Counted from the stretch's first letter, positions 48,364 to 58,242 are shown. The stretch is DNA of 64,000 nucleotides from Bacteroidota bacterium (GCA_007693555.1 REDJ01000106.1:2496-66495), one strand, 5' to 3'. Numbers and translations: made by a program. The notes: generated by a model not told the origin, from the letters alone.

Positions 48364-49020
48364 TTATTTTTTCTCAACCCAATCAGTATTTAAACCGCAC
48401 TCTGTTTTTCTCATACCATACCATCTGCCATCTCTGCCATTTTCAGTATTTACCGGTTTTGTGCATGGCTCACATCCTATACTTTTATAGCCATTGCTTT
48501 CAAGAGGATGTTTGGGTAAATCAAATTCTTTAATATAATTTTCTATTTCTTCACTTGACCAATATAACAAAGGATGGTATTTAACCGCCCTGGAATGTGT
48601 TGGTTGCATCAATGATAATTTGCTCCGATGAACATTTTGGTGTGATCTCAAACCACTTATCCACACATCATACTGCTCAAGAAGTCTCTCAACCGGTTGA
48701 ACTTTATTCAAATAGCAACAATAGTCAGGATCAAAAGTAAATAAAAGATTGCCTTTGTCATCCCTTTGGTTGCTTTTGGGTACAAGAGGCATAAGGTCAA
48801 TAACATTAAGCCCCAGCATTGATGCCACTTTATCTTTATGGACAATGGTTTCAGAGAAGTGATACCCTGTATTGATAAAGTAAACAGGAATGGATGGCAT
48901 TATCTTACTTACTATATGCAGCAATACAATACTCTGTGATTGAAACGAGGAGGTTACAAACATTGTTTTACCCTCCCGCTCAAATTGAATCAGCGTATTT
49001 TTAATTATTTCAATTGCCAT
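48364..49020 (-). CDS. cysH: phosphoadenylyl-sulfate/adenylyl-sulfate reductase (Fe-S type CysH)
   Basis: PP-loop-like TSSFQSQS, a CC pair (DYCCYLNKVQP), SGLRSHQ, KSIGCEPCT and the C-terminal ECGLN. Confidence 0.82.
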   Translation of the reverse strand: MAIEIIKNTLIQFEREGKTMFVTSSFQSQSIVLLHIVSKIMPSIPVYFINTGYHFSETIVHKDKVASMLGLNVIDLMPLVPKSNQRDDKGNLLFTFDPDYCCYLNKVQPVERLLEQYDVWISGLRSHQNVHRSKLSLMQPTHSRAVKYHPLLYWSSEEIENYIKEFDLPKHPLESNGYKSIGCEPCTKPVNTENGRDGRWYGMRKTECGLNTDWVEKK

Positions 49021-49041
49021 TACTCCCGGTTAATGATACAT

Positions 49042-49049
49042 CAAAAATA
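49042..49049 (-). promoter_or_regulatory. candidate -7 box (TATTTTTG on minus strand) for cysH-epimerase
   Basis: The plus strand reads CAAAAATA, 22 nt upstream of the start at 49020. Confidence 0.4.
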
Positions 49050-49116
49050 GTCATATTTTCCGGTAAAACAATTTGCATTACATGATTGTATAAATAGATT
49101 AATGAATGAGAGTTGT

Positions 49117-49124
49117 TAACTTTG
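49117..49124 (+). promoter_or_regulatory. candidate -7 box TAACTTTG for the DAHP synthase/chorismate mutase gene
   Basis: TAnnTTTG match upstream of the candidate starts at 49183 (TTG) and 49204 (ATG). Confidence 0.4.
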
Positions 49125-49203
49125 CATCATAAATTACCCAACATTCGCAACCTGAATTTGTTATTGTAAAGAGTACTTAATATTGTTCCAAGCAAATCAA
49201 ATT

Positions 49204-50292
49204 ATGGAAGCCCCTGTAAGTTTATTTAATCCATTGCCCATTGAAAGCTGGCTGCCGACAAAGCAGAAGCCTCTCATAATCAGCGGGCCTTGCAGTGCTG
49301 AAAGCAGAGAGCAGGTATTGGATACTGCTCAAAAACTTCATTCTACAGGTATGGTATCGGCCTTTCGCAGTGGTGTATGGAAGCCCCGTACCCGTCCAAA
49401 TTCCTTTGAGGGACATGGTGAGAAAGCCTTGAAGTGGCTGACTGAAGTAAAGAATACCTATGGCTTTCCCGTTGCTGTTGAAGTGGCTACTCCCAGGCAT
49501 GTGGAGGCCTGCCTTAATGAAGGTACAGACATCCTTTGGATTGGAGCACGAACCAGTGTAAATCCATTTTCCGTGCAGGAACTCGCAGAAGCACTTAAGG
49601 GTGTTGACATTCCTGTAATGATTAAAAATCCTCTGAACCCCGACCTTTCCTTATGGATGGGTGTAATTGAGCGCTTTTATATAAACGGGATCAACAAAAT
49701 TGCTGCCGTACACCGTGGTTTCAATACTTACGAAAAAAGCCGGTACAGGAATGAGCCACTCTGGAACATTCCCATAGAGCTTAAAAGCAATTTCCCCGAA
49801 CTTCCCATAATTTGTGACCCCAGTCATATTGCCGGCACACGAAGCCTTTTAAAAGACATTGCTCAGCAAGCGCTTCTGCTTGACATGAACGGACTTATGA
49901 TTGAATCGCATCATTTACCGGAAAAAGCACTTACTGATGCTGCACAGCAAATACGGCCCGAAGATCTGCCTAAACTTATAAATAGCCTCAAAATCCCTTT
50001 AACCAACGAGGAAAATCCATGCAAGGAGCTTGAATTCCTAAGAAAGAAAATTGACGAGTTTGACTATCAACTTATCAATACACTGGCAAAAAGAATGCAG
50101 GTAGTAAATGAAATTGCGCATCTTAAGGCCGATTGTAAAATGACCATATTACAGGTAAAAAGATGGAATCAGATAATTGAAACCCGTACACAGGATGGTA
50201 TAGAAAAAGGATTGCATGAAAAGTTCCTTAAAAACCTTCTGGACCTTATTCATAAAGAATCCATAGAATTACAATCAAGAATCATAAAATAA
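49204..50292 (+). CDS. bifunctional 3-deoxy-7-phosphoheptulonate synthase / chorismate mutase type II
   Basis: A KDO8P/DAHP-synthase-like TIM barrel (IISGPCSAES, WKPRT, ICDPSH) is followed by a C-terminal chorismate mutase helix (LRKKIDEFDYQLINTLAKRMQVVNEIAHLK). Confidence 0.85.
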   Translation: MEAPVSLFNPLPIESWLPTKQKPLIISGPCSAESREQVLDTAQKLHSTGMVSAFRSGVWKPRTRPNSFEGHGEKALKWLTEVKNTYGFPVAVEVATPRHVEACLNEGTDILWIGARTSVNPFSVQELAEALKGVDIPVMIKNPLNPDLSLWMGVIERFYINGINKIAAVHRGFNTYEKSRYRNEPLWNIPIELKSNFPELPIICDPSHIAGTRSLLKDIAQQALLLDMNGLMIESHHLPEKALTDAAQQIRPEDLPKLINSLKIPLTNEENPCKELEFLRKKIDEFDYQLINTLAKRMQVVNEIAHLKADCKMTILQVKRWNQIIETRTQDGIEKGLHEKFLKNLLDLIHKESIELQSRIIK

Positions 50293-50317
50293 TCCATCAT
50301 AAACCTATAAGTTACTT

Positions 50318-51352
50318 ATGAGCAAAACACCTCTTTCTTCCCTGGGAGAATTTAAACTAATTGACCATCTTACACGCAATGTAAAGCTTTACAATAATCG
50401 CACTATCAAAGGCATTGGGGATGATACCGCTGCGATTGAAGGAGATAATGATATTACCCTTCTAACCAAAGATCTGCTTATAGAAGGGGTACATTTTAAT
50501 ATCATGTACACTCCCCTGAAACACCTTGGTTATAAATCCATTGTTGTAAATCTTTCCGACATTTATGCCATGAACGGTCATCCTACTCATGTTATAGCAG
50601 GGATAGCTGTTTCCAGTCGTTATACAGTTGAGGCCCTTGAAGAAATATATGAAGGTATGATGCTGGCATGCGAAAAATACAAAATTGACCTTGTTGGAGG
50701 AGATACAACCAGCAGTGCCTCCGGGTTATTTATATCCGTAACGGCACTGGGAAAAGTATCCAAAGACCGTATCACCTATCGTAGCGGAGCCAGACCCAAC
50801 GATTTGATTTGTGTAACCGGAAACCTTGGCGGAGCCTATGCCGGATTGCTTATACTGGAAAGGGAAAAAGAGGTATTTAAAGCCAACCCACAATCACAGC
50901 CCGACCTGAGCCAGTTTGCATATGTTCTGGAGCGGCAACTGAAGCCCGAAGCCAGAAAGGATATTGTTGACCTGCTCATGGAAAAAAATATCATTCCCAC
51001 TTCCATGATAGATATATCCGACGGTCTCGCATCTGAAATACTCCATATCTGCAAGTCTTCAAACAGGGGAACGGTAATTTACGAAGAAAAATTACCTATC
51101 GATGTGCAAACAGCCACCATAGCCCATGAATTTAAAATTGACCCGACAACCTTTGCCCTGAATGGCGGAGAGGAATATGAGCTGCTATTTACAATTGACC
51201 AGAAAGACTATGATAAGATAAAGGGTGTTGAGGAAATAACTGTTATCGGGCATATAACTGAAAATCCTTCACAGACCGATTTGATCTCCACTTCCGGCAA
51301 TGTAATTACACTAAGGGCACAGGGCTGGGATTCTTTCAGAAAAGATAATTAG
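50318..51352 (+). CDS. thiL: thiamine-monophosphate kinase
   Basis: LGEFKLIDHL, GIGDDTAAI, LIEGVHF and GGDTT are AIR-synthase-fold ThiL motifs. Confidence 0.87.
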   Translation: MSKTPLSSLGEFKLIDHLTRNVKLYNNRTIKGIGDDTAAIEGDNDITLLTKDLLIEGVHFNIMYTPLKHLGYKSIVVNLSDIYAMNGHPTHVIAGIAVSSRYTVEALEEIYEGMMLACEKYKIDLVGGDTTSSASGLFISVTALGKVSKDRITYRSGARPNDLICVTGNLGGAYAGLLILEREKEVFKANPQSQPDLSQFAYVLERQLKPEARKDIVDLLMEKNIIPTSMIDISDGLASEILHICKSSNRGTVIYEEKLPIDVQTATIAHEFKIDPTTFALNGGEEYELLFTIDQKDYDKIKGVEEITVIGHITENPSQTDLISTSGNVITLRAQGWDSFRKDN

Positions 51353-51388
51353 CAGTAAAATTGCATTGTAAAAAGAAACAAATACAAA

Positions 51389-52018
51389 GTGGCAAAAAAG
51401 AAAAAATATTATGCGGTTTGGGAGGGGCACGAAACCGGTATTTTTGATAACTGGAAAGATTGTGAGCGAGCCATAAAGGGTTACCCGGCTGCCAAATACA
51501 AGTCCTTTGAAAGTGAAACCCAGGCTCGCGAAGCGCTGACAGGAAATTACTGGAAGCATGTGGTAAACAAAACTCCAAAACCCACAACTGCAAGCCCATC
51601 AGCAGGTAGAGGTCCTATACTTGAAAGCATATCAGTAGACGCCGCTTACAGTTCTGCTTCAAAAGAAATGGAATACCAGGGAGTTTACACCAGAGATAAA
51701 TCCAGCATTTTTAAAGTAGGTCCGTTGCCTAAAGGCACAAACAATGTGGGTGAGTTTCTGGCACTGGTTCATGCACTTGCATTATGTAAGCAGCGTAACA
51801 TTCTCCTTCCCATATATACTGATAGTGTGACTGCAATGGCATGGATCAGAAATAAGAAAGCAAAAACCACACTCAAGGAAGAACCCGCCAATGAAAAGCT
51901 TTTCGATTACATTGACCGGGCCGAAAAATGGCTGCAAAACAACACCTGGAAGAACAAAATCCTGAAATGGGATACTGAAAACTGGGGTGAAATACCGGCC
52001 GACTTTGGCAGGAAATAA
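51389..52018 (+). CDS. rnhA: ribonuclease HI with N-terminal hybrid-binding domain
   Basis: KYYAVWEGHETGIFDNWKDCERAIKGYPAAKYKSFES is the RNase H1 N-terminal HBD. The C-terminal RNase H fold carries VDAA...EYQG, NNVGEF and YTDS. The start codon is GTG. Confidence 0.83.
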   Translation: MAKKKKYYAVWEGHETGIFDNWKDCERAIKGYPAAKYKSFESETQAREALTGNYWKHVVNKTPKPTTASPSAGRGPILESISVDAAYSSASKEMEYQGVYTRDKSSIFKVGPLPKGTNNVGEFLALVHALALCKQRNILLPIYTDSVTAMAWIRNKKAKTTLKEEPANEKLFDYIDRAEKWLQNNTWKNKILKWDTENWGEIPADFGRK

Positions 52019-52059
52019 AAAGCGCTGCAACCTCTATGATTGCAGCGCTTGTCTTTTTT
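52019..52059. terminator. bidirectional rho-independent terminator (rnhA / tRNA-Phe)
   Basis: Perfect 11-bp stem aagcgctgcaa / ttgcagcgctt with a 9-nt loop. A T-run follows on the plus strand (gtctttttt) and an A-run precedes it, giving a U-run on the minus strand. Confidence 0.75.
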
Positions 52060-52065
52060 GGAACG

Positions 52066-52138
<73 letters not shown>

Positions 52139-52154
52139 GCGTCTTTGGACGTTG

Positions 52155-52162
52155 CAAATTTA
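52155..52162 (-). promoter_or_regulatory. candidate -7 box (TAAATTTG on minus strand) for tRNA-Phe
   Basis: The plus strand reads CAAATTTA, 17 nt upstream of the tRNA 5' end. Confidence 0.4.
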
Positions 52163-52313
52163 CGCAAACATTTTTAACTGGCAAGTTGTTTTTATCTTTT
52201 TGCTAAAAAATTTACCTCTGAAGCCTTCTGCCCGCTCCCCGGCCAAAGCAAGAGAAAAAACCAATCTCCTGATTTTTAATGATTTTTTAAGATCGGATCA
52301 TTCTAATTTATGG

Positions 52314-52321
52314 TACCTTTG
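52314..52321 (+). promoter_or_regulatory. candidate -7 box TACCTTTG for coaX operon
   Basis: TAnnTTTG match 42 nt upstream of the ATG at 52363. Confidence 0.4.
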
Positions 52322-52362
52322 CAACCCCAGTATTTTGGTATATTATCCAAAGCACACAAAAA

Positions 52363-53079
52363 ATGAATCTTATTATAGATTCCGGTAATACACTTGCTAA
52401 AGCCGCACTTTTCAGGAGTGACGAAATTCTGGCTTTTGGCAAATCATCTAATAAAAATTGGGAATTTATTTTTGAAATGTTAGGGGAAACTACCCCTGAA
52501 AGGGTCCTTATATCAGATGTGGCATCCACAACTGAATCGTTGCGAAAGCGTATGGAAGAAATAACCCGGGTAATTGTTATGAACGAGCATACACCTGTCC
52601 CTGTTGAAGTAACATATTCAACACCCGAAACTTTGGGAACTGACAGATTGGCTGCAGCCGTTTTTGGCAAGAAGTTGTTTCCCGAGAATCACGTGTTGGT
52701 AATTCAGGCTGGCAGTTGCATTACTTATGATTTTTTAACTATTTCAAATCAATACATGGGTGGGGCTATATCTCCCGGTATGGAAATGCGATTCAGGGCA
52801 ATGCATACTTTCACTGCCAAATTACCGTTAGTTAAAAAAAAAGAAATAAACTATCTCACCGGAAAATCCACTGAAGAATCTGTTTTATCAGGTGTTATAA
52901 ATGGTTGCATTGCCGAAATAGATGGAATTATAAATCAGTATAAAGAAAAGTATCCGGATTTAAAAGTAGTTGCAGGAGGGGGAGATATATTTTTTTTTGA
53001 TAAAAAGCTAAAAAATAGGATATTTGCAACCGAAAATTTAGTTCTTAGGGGATTAAACGAAATTTTAAAATTCAACTAA
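52363..53079 (+). CDS. coaX: type III pantothenate kinase
   Basis: MNLIIDSGNT, GTDR and the ASKHA-fold pattern. Its stop overlaps the next start (TAATG). Confidence 0.9.
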   Translation: MNLIIDSGNTLAKAALFRSDEILAFGKSSNKNWEFIFEMLGETTPERVLISDVASTTESLRKRMEEITRVIVMNEHTPVPVEVTYSTPETLGTDRLAAAVFGKKLFPENHVLVIQAGSCITYDFLTISNQYMGGAISPGMEMRFRAMHTFTAKLPLVKKKEINYLTGKSTEESVLSGVINGCIAEIDGIINQYKEKYPDLKVVAGGGDIFFFDKKLKNRIFATENLVLRGLNEILKFN

Positions 53080-54377
53080 TGTCATTTTCAGCTCAAAAGA
53101 AAGCAAGAAACTACCTGGCTTTAGCAGCATCTTTACTCATGATGCCTCTGGTGCTTTTATTGAATGAACCTTTGCATGCCCAGGCAAACATCAATTCTCC
53201 CTACTCAATATTTGGCCCCGGAGAACTTAAGGGTAATGAATTGTTTCGAAACATGTCAATGGGAGGACTTGCACAGGGTTTCAGAAGCAATACCAGTGTA
53301 AATTATATTAATCCGGCATCCTATTCTGCAATGGATTCACTCTCGTTTGTTTTTGATGCAACTGTTTTTTCCCATCTTTATCAACAAAAAATTGCTGACC
53401 AACGGCAAACAACAGCCTACTCTGCATTGGGTAATTTCAATTTTGCTTTCCCTGTTACCCGCTGGTGGAGCGTTGCTGCGGGTATTTTACCCTATTCCCA
53501 GGTGGGTTACAGTATTGCCGACCGCAGCCCGTTGGATGGTAAAGTAAACTATGTGTATGAAGGTAATGGAGGGATCAACCAGGTTTATCTGGGTCATGGG
53601 TTTCGCATTTATAAGGGACTTTCAGGAGGAATCAATTTTTCTTATCTTTTTGGTAAGTCCGAAGACCTGAAAATCGCTTCTTCAGACAGTATAATCGGAT
53701 TTTTCCGAACCATCTGGAGTTATGCCGATGATATTGATGGCTTCATGCTTACATACGGGCTTCAATATGAACAGAGACTCGGACGAAACAGCAGTATTAC
53801 CCTGGGTGCTACCTTTACAGACAATACAAACTTAACTGTAGCAAGAAATGAACTCATTTTAAGAGACCTGCCAGGGGTAAGAAATACTTTAGATACCCTT
53901 AACATCATAAGCGGACAATCCAGTGAAATGCTGATTCCGCAAAGTTTCGGAGCAGGTACTTTTATTAAATTCAACAATCATTGGAGTGGAGGGTTGGATT
54001 ACCAGATGCAAAACTGGAGTAATTTTGAAGTACATGGGCAAAAACAAAATCTCAATGACTCATGGCAACTCAGAATGGGCCTGGTACATAATCCACGGGT
54101 TGAAACATTTTCCCTGTTTTTAAGCCGCTGGGAATACAGGGCCGGTTTACGATTCGGGCAGTCATTTTTAAGTTATAACAATGAAGACTTTTCTGAACTT
54201 GGCATAAGTTTTGGGGTAGGAATACCGGTAAGAAGATCTTTGTCGGCACTACATATTGGCTTTGAGTATGCCAATCGCACTGCCGGCCGCGATGATATAA
54301 TCAGCGAGAACTTTTTCCGCATCAATCTGGGGGTTAATATTTACGAAAGATGGTTTGTGAGAAGAAGATTTTTCTAA
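53079..54377 (+). CDS. uncharacterised outer-membrane beta-barrel protein
   Basis: Signal peptide ending LHAQA, an NSPYSIFGPGEL-type N-terminal motif, an alternating-strand pattern throughout, and a C-terminal ...RRRFF. It is translationally coupled to coaX. Confidence 0.6.
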   Translation: MSFSAQKKARNYLALAASLLMMPLVLLLNEPLHAQANINSPYSIFGPGELKGNELFRNMSMGGLAQGFRSNTSVNYINPASYSAMDSLSFVFDATVFSHLYQQKIADQRQTTAYSALGNFNFAFPVTRWWSVAAGILPYSQVGYSIADRSPLDGKVNYVYEGNGGINQVYLGHGFRIYKGLSGGINFSYLFGKSEDLKIASSDSIIGFFRTIWSYADDIDGFMLTYGLQYEQRLGRNSSITLGATFTDNTNLTVARNELILRDLPGVRNTLDTLNIISGQSSEMLIPQSFGAGTFIKFNNHWSGGLDYQMQNWSNFEVHGQKQNLNDSWQLRMGLVHNPRVETFSLFLSRWEYRAGLRFGQSFLSYNNEDFSELGISFGVGIPVRRSLSALHIGFEYANRTAGRDDIISENFFRINLGVNIYERWFVRRRFF

Positions 54378-54483
54378 ATATAATAACAGAGTAAATTAAT
54401 TTTTAAAAACCAAAAAACACAATTTATGATGCAGGCCTCGTGCATTTGACTATTTAACAAAAAACATAATGCTGGAATTGTAT

Positions 54484-54491
54484 TAAATTTG
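54484..54491 (+). promoter_or_regulatory. candidate -7 box TAAATTTG for TPR-like gene 1 / lptC
   Basis: TAnnTTTG match 36 nt upstream of the ATG at 54527. Confidence 0.4.
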
Positions 54492-54526
54492 GCCTTTATC
54501 ATACCAACTAAACAAAAATTATTAAG

Positions 54527-55945
54527 ATGAAAACAATGAAAGTCATATCGGCAATTGCGCTGGTAGCGTTGTTTGTTTCGGCAGCTTCTGCCATGGAAAC
54601 AAAAAATGCCCTTGACCTGGGGCATATGGATTATTTTAATCACACAGAATTAAACGAAGCAATTGCAGGGTATTTAATACAAAACACACCCCCGCGTTTT
54701 GGAGAAACACCCGAAGACAGTATTCAATGTGTAAGAAATTTATCCTTATATACAGAGTATTACAATCAAAGAAATTTTACCCTGGCTTACGAGCCATGGA
54801 GAGAAGCCTTATTTCTCTGTCCACAGTCAAGTCAGAATCTTTTCATCAGAGGAGTAGTTCTTGTAAAGATGAAATATAATGAAGAGACAGACCCCATCCG
54901 CCGCGATGCCTATGTAGATACCCTGATGATGATTCATGATAAAAGAATAGAATATTTTGGAAGAGAAGGATTTGTGCTCGGACGTAAGGCTGTTGATCTT
55001 TATCAGCTTCGCCCCAATAATATCCAGGAAATTTATGAAATAACAACAAGATCAATAGAAATTGAAGGAAACAGTTCACAAGCTGATGTTTTACTGATAA
55101 ACTTCCAAACCCTTGTGCGGCTCGCCGATGCAGGTCTAAAACCAGTCGATCAAGTGCTTTTGAGCTACGATAAAATTATGGATATCATTGATTTTAATCT
55201 GGTTAACAACCCTGATGACAGAAGACTTTTTGAACCTGCAAAGGACAATATTGACAATATGTTTGAACCTTTTGCAACCTGCGAGAATATAGTCTCTCTC
55301 TTTGAACCCAGATTTGAAAGAAACCCGGAGGATACTGAGCTTTTGGAAAGGATTACCTCTATGCTAAGTAATTCCAATTGTACGGATGAAAGATTATTTT
55401 ACCAGGCTACCAAAAACCTGCACAGACTTAAACCAACTGCAGAATCTGCGTTTCTTATGGGTCGTCTTGAAAACAACTCACAAAGGTTCAACCAGGCCGT
55501 TGAATATTTTGAACAGGCAGTAAAGCTTTATACTGATGACAGGGATAAATTCAGGGCATTAATGCTACTGGCTGATATTTCTTTTCGCAACCTACGTCAA
55601 TTCAGCCAGGCAAGGACTTATGCACTTCAGGCTTCAGCCCTTGATCCTGAAAATGGAAGACCTTATATACTTATAGGTGAGATGTATGCTGCAAGCGCAA
55701 GTGCATGTGGGAATGACGATCTGACCAAAAGAGTAGCTTACTGGGCTGCAGTTGATAAATTCAGGCAGGCACGTAATGTAGATCAGGAGGAAATTATTCA
55801 GGAAAGGGCTAATCAGCTTATCAGTACTTATACTCAGTATTTCCCTGACAGAGAACTTCTGTTTTTTCATGGATTGGATGATGGCGACACCTACAGGGTG
55901 CAATGCTGGATAAACGAAACTACCAGGGTCAGAGCAAGACCATGA
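54527..55945 (+). CDS. secreted TPR-like helical-repeat protein, paralog 1
   Basis: Signal peptide, then TPR-like helices (AVEYFEQAVKLY... ALQASALDPENGRPYILIGEMYA). It is closely similar to 56747..58162. Its stop overlaps the lptC start (ATGA). Confidence 0.65.
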   Translation: MKTMKVISAIALVALFVSAASAMETKNALDLGHMDYFNHTELNEAIAGYLIQNTPPRFGETPEDSIQCVRNLSLYTEYYNQRNFTLAYEPWREALFLCPQSSQNLFIRGVVLVKMKYNEETDPIRRDAYVDTLMMIHDKRIEYFGREGFVLGRKAVDLYQLRPNNIQEIYEITTRSIEIEGNSSQADVLLINFQTLVRLADAGLKPVDQVLLSYDKIMDIIDFNLVNNPDDRRLFEPAKDNIDNMFEPFATCENIVSLFEPRFERNPEDTELLERITSMLSNSNCTDERLFYQATKNLHRLKPTAESAFLMGRLENNSQRFNQAVEYFEQAVKLYTDDRDKFRALMLLADISFRNLRQFSQARTYALQASALDPENGRPYILIGEMYAASASACGNDDLTKRVAYWAAVDKFRQARNVDQEEIIQERANQLISTYTQYFPDRELLFFHGLDDGDTYRVQCWINETTRVRARP

Positions 55946-56559
55946 TAAAAAAAATGTCAAATATAAAAATGAAGAGCATTGCCATCCTTTTTGGGCTGGC
56001 AATGTTTTTTTCATGCCGCCCCGACCTGGAAACCATCGAAACCATTACAAAAACAGAAAATCTGCCTGTTGAAACTGCTGAGAACTTAAGAATCGTTTAC
56101 AGCTCACACGCCCATATTCAAATGATCATGGAGGCTCCATTTATGGAGCGGTTTGAAGGTGATGAACCTTACATGGAACTCCCTGCCGGATTTGTTATGG
56201 TTTTTTATGATACCCTCTTGAATGAAACTTCAAGGATTCAAGCGAAATATGCCATTGAATACGAAAGGGACAATTTAATTGATGCCCGCGATGATGTTAT
56301 AGTTGAAAATATGGAAACGCGCGAAAAACTAAACACCGAACAACTCATCTGGGACAGAAAAAATGAAATCATTTACAGCGAAAAGTTTGTGAAAATTACC
56401 TCTGAAGAAGATGTATTGTATGGACAGGGTTTTGAATCTGACGAACGGTTTACTTCGTGGGTAATAAAGGAACCCTGGGGTTCCTTTTCTGTGGAGCATG
56501 AGCCTGAGGAAGATACTGATGAATTGATTCAACCGGCTGAAGATGAAGATTCTCTCTGA
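55942..56559 (+). CDS. lptC: LPS export periplasmic protein LptC (lipoprotein form)
   Basis: Lipobox MFFSC. The beta-jellyroll-like body (ENLRIVYSSHAHIQ..., IQAKYAIEY..., LIWDRKNEIIYSEKFVKIT) matches Bacteroidota LptC as I recall it. The gene order coaX-OMP-TPR-lptC-CNNM-ppiD is typical. The start is taken at the ATG overlapping the upstream stop. Confidence 0.68.
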   Translation: MIKKMSNIKMKSIAILFGLAMFFSCRPDLETIETITKTENLPVETAENLRIVYSSHAHIQMIMEAPFMERFEGDEPYMELPAGFVMVFYDTLLNETSRIQAKYAIEYERDNLIDARDDVIVENMETREKLNTEQLIWDRKNEIIYSEKFVKITSEEDVLYGQGFESDERFTSWVIKEPWGSFSVEHEPEEDTDELIQPAEDEDSL

Positions 56560-56746
56560 ATCATTAAAACACTCTGCGATATATAATTTTACTATAAATT
56601 TGTTGTGTCAAATCTCTTTTAAAAAAATTGTTCCGTTACGGTTTTTATCAGCAGTAAAACAAGAAAAGATTTTTATATTGCCTTTCAAAATCTCAGAGAA
56701 AACCAAATAAAGGAAAACAAATTACTCTTACAAAATATATTTTACA

Positions 56747-58162
56747 ATGTATTTATCCAGATTCATGTCAGCTTTTGCCCTGACAATAATAATTTTTAGT
56801 GTAAGCTTTACATCGGCAAAAGAAACAGAAAACAAACATAATGTATCTAATCACAATCATTCAGAGTACTATCTGCTAAACTCTCCTCCACCGCATCCTT
56901 TTGGCAAAACACCAGAAGACAGCCTCAAATGTCGTGACAATATCTCACTTTATTCTGAGCATTACGGACACAGAAATTTTGCTATGGCTTATACTCATTG
57001 GAGGGACGTATTTTTAAATTGTCCCGGGGCACAGCAAAACACCTTTATCAGGGGTGCAGTGCTTGTAAGGATGAAATACAATGAAGAAACCGACCCTGCG
57101 CGGAGGGATGCATGGATAGATACACTTATGATGGTGTATGATAAAAGAATCAAGTACTGGGGCCATGTGCACTCCTCACGTGAAGGACTTGTAACCGGGC
57201 TTAAAGCCGTGGAGCTTTTTCAATACAGGCAAAATAACATACAGGAAGCCAACCAACTTACTACAAAGGCGATGGAACTGGAAAAAGAAAACACACAGTC
57301 TGCTGTATTGCTGGTTCACATGCAAACCCTTGTAAGACTTCATGATGCCGGTTTAAAAAACACCCGGGATATTTTGATGGCCTATAATCAGATAATGGAT
57401 ATAATAGACTATAATCTTGCTCACAATCCCAATGATCGCAACCTTTATGAATCTGCAAAAGACCAGATTGACAGGATGTTTGAACCTTTTGCAACCTGCG
57501 AAAATATTGTCAACCTGTTTGAGCCAAGATTTCAAAACAACCCCGAAGATACCCTGCTACTCAGAAGATTAACCTCAATGCTCAGCAACTCAGGTTGCAC
57601 TGAAGAAAACTTATTCTATAAGGCAACCCGCAATTTGCACAAATTAGACCCGGGAGCCGAATCCGCATTTCTTATGGGCAGGCTGGAAAATAATGCCAAA
57701 AATTACGAAGAAGCAATCAGATATTTCGAACAGGCAATTGCCCTTTATAAGGAAGACAGGGATAAATTCAGGGCATTAATGCTAATGGCTGATATTACCT
57801 TTAGAAATTTGCGTCAGTTTAGTCGCGCACGTTCATATGCCTTAAGGGCTTCAGAACTGGACCCCGAAAATGGTCGTCCATATATCCTTATCGGAGAAAT
57901 GTATGCTGCAAGTGCTTCTGATTGTGGCGATAATGAGTTAACTAAAAATGTTGCCTATTGGGCAGCCGTGGATAAATTTACACAAGCTCGTAATGTCGAC
58001 CCCGACCCTGTAGTGCAGGAAAGGGCCACCCAGCTCATAGATACCTACAGACAATACTTCCCCAATGTGGAGGTAACTTTTATGTACGGTTTAAGTGATG
58101 GTGAAATTTATAAGGTTGAATGCTGGATTAATGAAACAACAACGGTTCGATCGCGGCGATAA
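56747..58162 (+). CDS. secreted TPR-like helical-repeat protein, paralog 2
   Basis: It is colinear with 54527..55945 over nearly its full length and is by eye about two-thirds identical. A 30-nt identical DNA stretch lies at 57755-57784 and 55538-55567. Confidence 0.65.
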   Translation: MYLSRFMSAFALTIIIFSVSFTSAKETENKHNVSNHNHSEYYLLNSPPPHPFGKTPEDSLKCRDNISLYSEHYGHRNFAMAYTHWRDVFLNCPGAQQNTFIRGAVLVRMKYNEETDPARRDAWIDTLMMVYDKRIKYWGHVHSSREGLVTGLKAVELFQYRQNNIQEANQLTTKAMELEKENTQSAVLLVHMQTLVRLHDAGLKNTRDILMAYNQIMDIIDYNLAHNPNDRNLYESAKDQIDRMFEPFATCENIVNLFEPRFQNNPEDTLLLRRLTSMLSNSGCTEENLFYKATRNLHKLDPGAESAFLMGRLENNAKNYEEAIRYFEQAIALYKEDRDKFRALMLMADITFRNLRQFSRARSYALRASELDPENGRPYILIGEMYAASASDCGDNELTKNVAYWAAVDKFTQARNVDPDPVVQERATQLIDTYRQYFPNVEVTFMYGLSDGEIYKVECWINETTTVRSRR

Positions 58163-58234
58163 CATTTACCACATAACGGGTTTAAATCTTCATTACATAC
58201 AAAACCCGGGCAATTTTCCTATCAGGTTTTATAT

Positions 58235-58242
58235 TAACTTTG
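58235..58242 (+). promoter_or_regulatory. candidate -7 box TAACTTTG for the CNNM/CorC gene
   Basis: This TAnnTTTG match overlaps the TTG at 58240 that opens the listed ORF. That argues for a downstream start such as the GTG at 58270. Confidence 0.35.

Noticed and set aside
48364-49020. PAPS-reductase-fold protein as a DndC- or BREX-type defence component.
   Set aside because: It has the canonical assimilatory CysH motifs and size. No dnd, BREX, methyltransferase or nuclease partners are nearby.
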